A DNA stretch of 32,000 nt from positions 1 to 32,000 of the forward strand of contig JAITRB010000018.1 in the NCBI GenBank assembly GCA_031288595.1. Reading direction: 5' to 3'. The notes under the pieces were generated by a model. The model ran no database searches. It had not been told where the DNA came from and saw only the letters and a list, made by a program, of their open reading frames with translations. Made by a program: the position numbers and the translations under genes. This DNA comes from Puniceicoccales bacterium (GTDB lineage: Bacteria > Verrucomicrobiota > Verrucomicrobiia > Opitutales > JAIRLG01). Positions 26,510-32,000 of this stretch are shown here, one piece after another (the first letter of the stretch is position 1; each line of letters begins with the position of its first letter).

Positions 26510-27788
26510 CATGGGGGCGATGGAGGAGCACTCCTGTCAACGGACGGCCTGGTTCGTATGGTTGGCTGCCGTCACCTTTTACGGCTATGAGTTCTTCGTG
26601 CGCGTCGCCCCGGGCAGCATGTTCCAGGAGATGCAGCGGAGCTACGGGGTCACGGCGGGGCTTTTCGGGTTCGCTTCTGGTACCTACTACTATATCTATG
26701 CCCCTATCCAAATCATCGCCGGTGCATTTTTCGACCGCTTCGGCGGGAGAAAGGTACTCCTGCCGGCCAGCCTCTGCGTGGCGCTCGGCTGCGCCTGCGT
26801 CCTGCTACCCCTACCCTCTCTGGGCCTCTTTGCCCTGGGGAGATTGCTCATGGGCCTGGGTTCCGGCTTTGGCTTCATCGGGGTCATGTATCTGGCCACC
26901 GTATGCTTTTCCAAGAGAAAGCTGTCCCTCATCTCCGGCCTGACCACCGCTATAGGATTCCTGGGCGCCATTCTGACCCTGCAGTACATCCCCCGGCTCG
27001 TCGAACGCATCGGCTGGCAGTCCTGTTGGTTCGGCGCCAGCATTTTCGGCCTGCTGTCGGCTGCCCTTCTGGGTATCGCCATCCCTCGCTCGCCTCGCCC
27101 CAAAACTGAGCAGCAGGACTCCCATTTCCAAGAAGAAGGGCCTTCTTTTCTCACGGGGCTCTGGCAGGTGCTGAAAAACCCCCAGACCTGGGTCATCGGT
27201 GGCATCGCCGGCGTGCTCTACGCCACACCGACTGTCTTCGGCGACCTGTGGGGGAATGCTTATTTTCGGAACGTAGCCCAGGCATCCAACGAAAGTGCCG
27301 GCCAGAGCGTGGCCATGCTCTACCTCGGCTGGTTTCTCGGGGCCCCGTTCTTCGGCTGGCTCTCGGACAGAACGCGGAAGAAAAAGATACTTCTCCAGGT
27401 CGCGACTCTGCTCTGCGGCCTGCTGCTGTGTCTCTTCCTCTATGGCGATGCTTCCCTAAATACCCTGCGGATTTGGCTCCTGCTCATCGGCTTTTTCGGA
27501 ACGCCCGAGGTCGCCTGCTTCACGGCCTCCATCGAAAACAATCCGAGCCATGCCAGTGGCAGTGCGGTAGCGGTGGTCAATATGATCGTAATGCTCCTAG
27601 GGGGACTCACCCAGCCCCTTGTGGGATGGATCGTCGAGATCCTGTCCTCCTCCGGCATCGGGCAGAACACCGGGACGGCCGGCATCCACGAGCTCCGCCT
27701 CGCCCTCGGTCTCCTGCCCCTTCTCAGTTTCCTCGGATTCATCCTGTGCTTTTTCTACGACGAGAAGACCGAGGAGCAGCATCCGTAG
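26490..27788 (+). CDS. MFS transporter
   Basis: 12-TM pattern with the MFS loop motif FFDRFGGRKVLL between TM2 and TM3. The first ATG overlaps the pheT 3' end by 20 nt; alternative starts are at 26511 and 26520. Confidence 0.82.
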   Translation: MKMEGDSMGAMEEHSCQRTAWFVWLAAVTFYGYEFFVRVAPGSMFQEMQRSYGVTAGLFGFASGTYYYIYAPIQIIAGAFFDRFGGRKVLLPASLCVALGCACVLLPLPSLGLFALGRLLMGLGSGFGFIGVMYLATVCFSKRKLSLISGLTTAIGFLGAILTLQYIPRLVERIGWQSCWFGASIFGLLSAALLGIAIPRSPRPKTEQQDSHFQEEGPSFLTGLWQVLKNPQTWVIGGIAGVLYATPTVFGDLWGNAYFRNVAQASNESAGQSVAMLYLGWFLGAPFFGWLSDRTRKKKILLQVATLLCGLLLCLFLYGDASLNTLRIWLLLIGFFGTPEVACFTASIENNPSHASGSAVAVVNMIVMLLGGLTQPLVGWIVEILSSSGIGQNTGTAGIHELRLALGLLPLLSFLGFILCFFYDEKTEEQHP

Positions 27789-27849
27789 GAAGCTTTCGAT
27801 TGCCAGATGGAGAATGAGCCCTATCCTCCTCTCTGAGAACTAAGGGAAG

Positions 27850-28191
27850 ATGGGAACAGTTCGAAATTCCAAGCTCTTCGCGGCGCTTCTGGCCAGCCTC
27901 CTCTGTCTACCCAGTCTCGAAGGAACAGCCCGCCCATACCGATCCTCACCACCGCCCCCTGCGTCGAGCAACGACTTTTTTCGAAAATACTCCTGCCGCT
28001 ACACCCCTTTCGACCCTTCCACGGCCCGACCGGCTCCGGCTCGATTCCGCAACAACACGGCCACTGCTCATCCCCTTCCCCCGGCCAATTCGAAGCCCTT
28101 GAAGCTGCAGCGGATCAACCCTTCCTCCTCACGGCCCTCCCAGAGGCCCGGCCAACCCGTCCCTAGCTTGTCCGCCGGAATGGCCCCCTAG
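27850..28191 (+). CDS. Hypothetical small secreted Pro/Ser-rich protein
   Basis: ATG preceded by aagggaag, with a signal-peptide-like N-terminus MGTVRNSKLFAALLASLLCLPSLEG. The rest is low-complexity and no homolog is recognised. Confidence 0.4.
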   Translation: MGTVRNSKLFAALLASLLCLPSLEGTARPYRSSPPPPASSNDFFRKYSCRYTPFDPSTARPAPARFRNNTATAHPLPPANSKPLKLQRINPSSSRPSQRPGQPVPSLSAGMAP

Positions 28192-28199
28192 GCCTTCTG

Positions 28200-28295
28200 C
28201 CGCTGTCTTTGGATTCCGCAGGAATCCGCCCGCTACGCGGGCCGCAAGGGGCGAAAAAGAAAAGAATTTTTTTTCGCCCCTTGCAAAGACAGCGG
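28200..28295. repeat. Cloverleaf repeat, copy L (short-GC-long)
   Basis: Outer stem ccgctgtctttg/caaagacagcgg. Arms: gattcc-gca-ggaatc, gcccgc-tac-gcgggc, caaggggcgaaaaa-gaaaagaattt-tttttcgccccttg. Confidence 0.88.
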
Positions 28296-28412
28296 TCCCG
28301 ACGAAGCGATTCCTGTCCCATCCCAGTGATAGAATCCCCCTCATCGACAGAAAATAGAGCTTTCCGTCCCGGACGGATACTTTTAGGCTGAATTTTTCCC
28401 ATTCCCATCGCC

Positions 28413-30233
28413 ATGCCTCAGATCCACCTCCTGCCCCTTCACCTAGCGAACCAGATTGCGGCTGGAGAAGTGATCGAGCGACCGGCTGCCATCGTCAAAG
28501 AACTGCTCGAGAACAGCCTCGATGCCCAGGCCGACCGGATCACCATCCGCTATCAAAGGGGAGGCAAGACCTTCCTCTCGGTCGAGGACAACGGCACGGG
28601 CATGAGCGCCGAGGATGCTTCGTTGGCCTTTCAGCGCCACGCCACCAGCAAGCTATCCGACATCCAGGAACTGGAACAGCTCCGCAGCTTCGGCTTTCGG
28701 GGCGAGGCCCTTCCCTCCATTGCCAGCGTCGCCCGAGTTCTGCTCCAGACTAAGGACGATGGCAGCTCCCACGGCACGGAAATTCTCTACCACAACGGCC
28801 AATGTCTCCACACCAAGGCCTGCGGGCGTACCCGGGGCAGCAGTCTGACGGTCACCGACCTCTTCGCCGATGTGCCAGCCCGTCGGCGCTTCCTCAAGGG
28901 CGATACCGTCGAGGCCTGGCATATCCAGCAGGTGGCACTGGCCTCTGCCCTGGTACAGCCACAGGTGCACCTCGAGCTCTTCGATGGCCATCGACCCGTC
29001 CTCAGTTCTCCGGCCCAGGTGCTCTGGACGCAGCGCTGCGCCGCTCTCTTCGAGCCTGCCTTTGCTGAGGAACTTTTCGACCTGGCCGAAGAAGAGGACG
29101 GAGTCAAGCTTCAGGGCGCTCTTCTGAAGCCTGGGAACAGCCGTTTCAGGCCCAGGATGCTCTGGACATTCGTCAACCGGCGCTGGGTCGTCAGCCGCTT
29201 CCTGCAATCCCTTCTAGTCGAGGCCTACCACGAGCTTTTGCCGGTAGGGCGCCATCCCGTCGCCTTCCTCGACATTGGTCTCGATCCATCCCTCGTCGAC
29301 ATCAATGTCCATCCCCAGAAAAAGGAAATCCGCTTCCGCCACGAGCGTTCCCTGCGCGCGACTCTCGGCCAATTACTGAGCCGAGCACTCCCCAAATCCA
29401 GACCCTTCCTCGAGAGCATCCCTTTTCGCGAAAAAGCCCAGGGAATCACAGCCGCATCGGTGGATTACAATGGCCACAATGCAGGCCCGTCCTCCTCTTC
29501 CAATACCCGGGACGGTGGCCGCACAGCGCCAGCGCCGAGCTATTCTATCAGCGATATCCCGAGCTCTCCGACTCCGGCGCTGCGGGAGTCCCAGCTGCCC
29601 TTCCGGATAAACGCGGCCTATACCCAGCAGATCGAGTGGCCACACCGGGACATTTCTCTCCCTCGGGAGGACGCGCTGGCCAGCCGATGGAGATTCATCG
29701 GGACGCTCCGATCGACTTATGCCATTTTCGAATCCTCCGGTGGGCTGATGCTTCTCCATTACCGGACGGCTCAGGAGCGCATTCTCTACGAAGAACTGGA
29801 GGGAAAGACCAACGAAGCTCCTTCCCTCCAGAAGCTGCTCCTTCCCCTGGTTTTGCCGGCCATGCCTGACCAGGATAAAACCCAGCGCCACTTTTCCCTA
29901 CTGCGGGAGCATGGCTGGGAATGCCGACTCAATGACCTGGGGGGCTGCACGGTCGAGGCGATTCCATCCGGCCTCGATCACGACAGAGCCGTCATCTATG
30001 CCCAATCTCTCTGGAATTCGGAAGATGACGATCTATCGGCTCCAGACAGGTACGAGCGCAGCCTCTGCCGCTACTATCCCCACGCCCCGCTCTCCGAAGC
30101 AACGGCCCCTCAAATCGAAGAGCAGCTGGCGCGCCTGCTCTCCTGCCGGCAGCCACTCCTGTCGCCCGACGGGAGAGCGACCTATTACGAAATCCCGTTT
30201 CGGGAAATCGAGAGACGCTTTTCGCTTGTGTAA
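28413..30233 (+). CDS. mutL: DNA mismatch repair protein MutL
   Basis: GHKL ATPase N-terminus: IAAGEVIERPAAIVKELLENSLDA, VEDNGTGM, TSKL and GFRGEAL. 606 aa, with a C-terminal dimerisation domain. Confidence 0.94.
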   Translation: MPQIHLLPLHLANQIAAGEVIERPAAIVKELLENSLDAQADRITIRYQRGGKTFLSVEDNGTGMSAEDASLAFQRHATSKLSDIQELEQLRSFGFRGEALPSIASVARVLLQTKDDGSSHGTEILYHNGQCLHTKACGRTRGSSLTVTDLFADVPARRRFLKGDTVEAWHIQQVALASALVQPQVHLELFDGHRPVLSSPAQVLWTQRCAALFEPAFAEELFDLAEEEDGVKLQGALLKPGNSRFRPRMLWTFVNRRWVVSRFLQSLLVEAYHELLPVGRHPVAFLDIGLDPSLVDINVHPQKKEIRFRHERSLRATLGQLLSRALPKSRPFLESIPFREKAQGITAASVDYNGHNAGPSSSSNTRDGGRTAPAPSYSISDIPSSPTPALRESQLPFRINAAYTQQIEWPHRDISLPREDALASRWRFIGTLRSTYAIFESSGGLMLLHYRTAQERILYEELEGKTNEAPSLQKLLLPLVLPAMPDQDKTQRHFSLLREHGWECRLNDLGGCTVEAIPSGLDHDRAVIYAQSLWNSEDDDLSAPDRYERSLCRYYPHAPLSEATAPQIEEQLARLLSCRQPLLSPDGRATYYEIPFREIERRFSLV

Positions 30234-30298
30234 AGATCTTCCGAAACGGAAAGAAGCTTTTCAACGGGTCATTTTTCCCTTCTCTCGGCCGAACGCTC

Positions 30299-32000
30299 AT
30301 GAGTTTCCCGAGCCATTCAGCCAGTGTCCTTCTCGGCGAAAAGGGAGCACAGCTCCGCTCTGGCCAGAGTTTCTTTTCAAAACCCTGGAGTCATTCCTGG
30401 GCCTCGCCTCTCCAGCTGACCTTGGCCCTTCTCGTCATCTCCCTCCTCTTTACCTTCATCTGCTTCTGGGGAAGGAAACCGCTAGACTTTCGATTCTTGC
30501 CAGGGCAGAAGATCCAGGCCTCCGTCGTTGCCCAGGTGCCCTTTTCCTACATCAGCAGTGCCGAGACAAAGCGCCTAATCGCCGAGAAGCGCAGCCAATT
30601 GGTGCCCATCTATAAAATCGACCTGGAGCCCTTTGAGACCTTCAACCGAGATCTCTGGGAATTGAGCGCCTTACTCGACACGATCGAGGAACAGGCGCAT
30701 GGTGTGGGAAAGGAAGCCCTTCCGATACAGCACTCCATTGAGAACTTCAACCGCCAGCATTCCCTCAAGGTCGACTGGATGGATATCTCCATCCTCCTCA
30801 AGGCATTGGGCCCCGGCGAACGCGCCCAGATCTTTAAGGAAGTACTGATCTTTCTTCGAGAAATGGCCAGCGACGGTATCTTTGCCGATCATAAGCAGGA
30901 TTTTTCTTCCCATGTCTTTTCCAAAACCTCCGAAGTGACTTCCCCAAAGCAATTCCAGAACAGCAACGTGCGTTCTATGGAAAGTGCCCTGCGCAACCTG
31001 CGCATCCATCTGCTCTCCATGGACCTGGAACAGGATACGCTGCAGGCCCTGTTTCGCCTCATGAAATTCGGAGTTCGGTCCAATCTCCTCTTCGATACGG
31101 CCGCCAATGAGGAGAGATTCCAGCAGGTGCTCGCATCCACTCCTAAAGTGCGCAAACACGTCAGCCGGGGCAGCACCCTGATCTCCGAGGGGGTGCGCAT
31201 TTCCAACGAGGACTACGAAAAGCTCAGTGCCTATCACAAGGCACTGCACCTCGACGAACAGAAGCAATCGTGGTATCACGACCAGAGCTTTCAGGATTTT
31301 ATCAAAACCCTTATCCTCCTATCCTTCACCTTCCTCACCCTCTTTTCCCTAAATCCCTCTCTTCGGGAATCGAAAAAGGACTTCCTCCTGCTGCTCACGG
31401 CCATGATTCTCAATCTTCTACTGATCCGGCTTCTCCTCCAGGTAAGTGAATTTTCCTTCTTGCAGGGGAACAGCGCGGTCCTCCATGCCCTCTTCCAAGT
31501 GACTCCCTTCAGTCTTGGAGCGATGCTGCTGATGATTTTCCGTCAGATTCCCAGCGCGCTCTGCTGTAGCGTTTCCACTTCTCTGTTCTATACCTTCATG
31601 GTGAGCAAAGGACTCCCCTTCTTCCTCCTCTTCCTAGCCTCGTCCTTCAGCGCCCTATTATTATGCCACGCGGCCCATCTGCGCTCGCAGGTCTTGCGGG
31701 CCGGATTCATATCGGGCCTTCTCTTCGCCATAGGGATGTTCTTTTTCGAATCCTCTACAGAGGCCTCCTCTCCCTCCTGGATGGAAGCACTAACCCCCAC
31801 CATTTCCGGTTTCCTGTCCGCTCTGCTGGCCCTGGGAATTCTGCCGTTTCTGGAATGGATTTTCCAGTACACCAGCGACCTCAAGCTATTTGAACTTCAG
31901 GACTACAACCATCCGCTGATGCAGCGCTTCCTGGCCACAGCGCCCGGGAGCTATCACCACAGCCTCACCGTTTCCAACATCGCCGAGCAGGCTGCCCTGG
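30299..32000 (+). CDS. 7TM-HD (PgpH-like) HDIG-domain membrane phosphohydrolase, 5' part (runs off the window)
   Basis: Not in the ORF track because it has no stop in the window. I translated frame 2 from ATG 30299 by hand and spot-checked codon phase at ~10 points, finding no stop. It has an N-terminal TM segment, a ~300 aa extracytoplasmic domain and a 7-TM block, and the window ends in APGSYHHSLTVSNIAEQAAL (start of the HD domain). Confidence 0.8.
   Translation, partial: MSFPSHSASVLLGEKGAQLRSGQSFFSKPWSHSWASPLQLTLALLVISLLFTFICFWGRKPLDFRFLPGQKIQASVVAQVPFSYISSAETKRLIAEKRSQLVPIYKIDLEPFETFNRDLWELSALLDTIEEQAHGVGKEALPIQHSIENFNRQHSLKVDWMDISILLKALGPGERAQIFKEVLIFLREMASDGIFADHKQDFSSHVFSKTSEVTSPKQFQNSNVRSMESALRNLRIHLLSMDLEQDTLQALFRLMKFGVRSNLLFDTAANEERFQQVLASTPKVRKHVSRGSTLISEGVRISNEDYEKLSAYHKALHLDEQKQSWYHDQSFQDFIKTLILLSFTFLTLFSLNPSLRESKKDFLLLLTAMILNLLLIRLLLQVSEFSFLQGNSAVLHALFQVTPFSLGAMLLMIFRQIPSALCCSVSTSLFYTFMVSKGLPFFLLFLASSFSALLLCHAAHLRSQVLRAGFISGLLFAIGMFFFESSTEASSPSWMEALTPTISGFLSALLALGILPFLEWIFQYTSDLKLFELQDYNHPLMQRFLATAPGSYHHSLTVSNIAEQAAL

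Noticed and set aside
488-28295. The recurring palindromes as a CRISPR array.
   Set aside because: Copies are kilobases apart and separated by housekeeping genes. Each is an internally folded multi-hairpin of variable sequence. There are no regularly spaced direct repeats and no cas genes.
30671-31279. A 202-aa minus-strand ORF, the only track ORF covering this region.
   Set aside because: It is antisense to the open-ended 7TM-HD gene, which I translated by hand from 30299 to the window edge without stops and which ends in a recognisable HD-domain start.

Overview
This is a chromosomal window of mostly housekeeping genes, roughly mid-50s %GC by eye. It probably comes from a PVC/Verrucomicrobia-like bacterium. 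That is an inference only, from a prepilin-type protein with GFTLMELMVVIAIIAIL and a C-terminal DGHVEWF motif. Gene order: gatC, gatA, mnmA, a pilin-like pair (one intact, one decayed), glyA, xseA, tRNA-Tyr, alr, tRNA-His, an lptF/G-type permease, a TPR protein, glmM, mraY, an MBL-fold hydrolase, dgkA, a Zn-ribbon coiled-coil protein, hisS, a DUF59-type Fe-S factor, tRNA-Gln, sfsA, an ABC-F relic, plsC, an MFS transporter, pheT, a second MFS transporter, a small secreted Pro-rich ORF, mutL, and the 5' part of a 7TM-HD (PgpH-like) gene that runs off the window and is missing from the ORF track. I found no CRISPR array, transposase, integrase or recognisable defence operon. The standout is non-coding: a family of ~85-100 nt palindromic repeats that each fold into a four-helix (cloverleaf-like) junction. 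I count 11 canonical copies, 1 degenerate copy and 1 divergent copy, sitting in almost every intergenic spacer longer than ~200 bp. All four helices co-vary between copies, and one arm is unique in every copy yet always self-complementary. Secondary observations are the xseA reading frame running antisense through tRNA-Tyr, and two lower-GC segments with decayed genes and no canonical repeat copy (3490-5331, and 19801-21620 next to tRNA-Gln).
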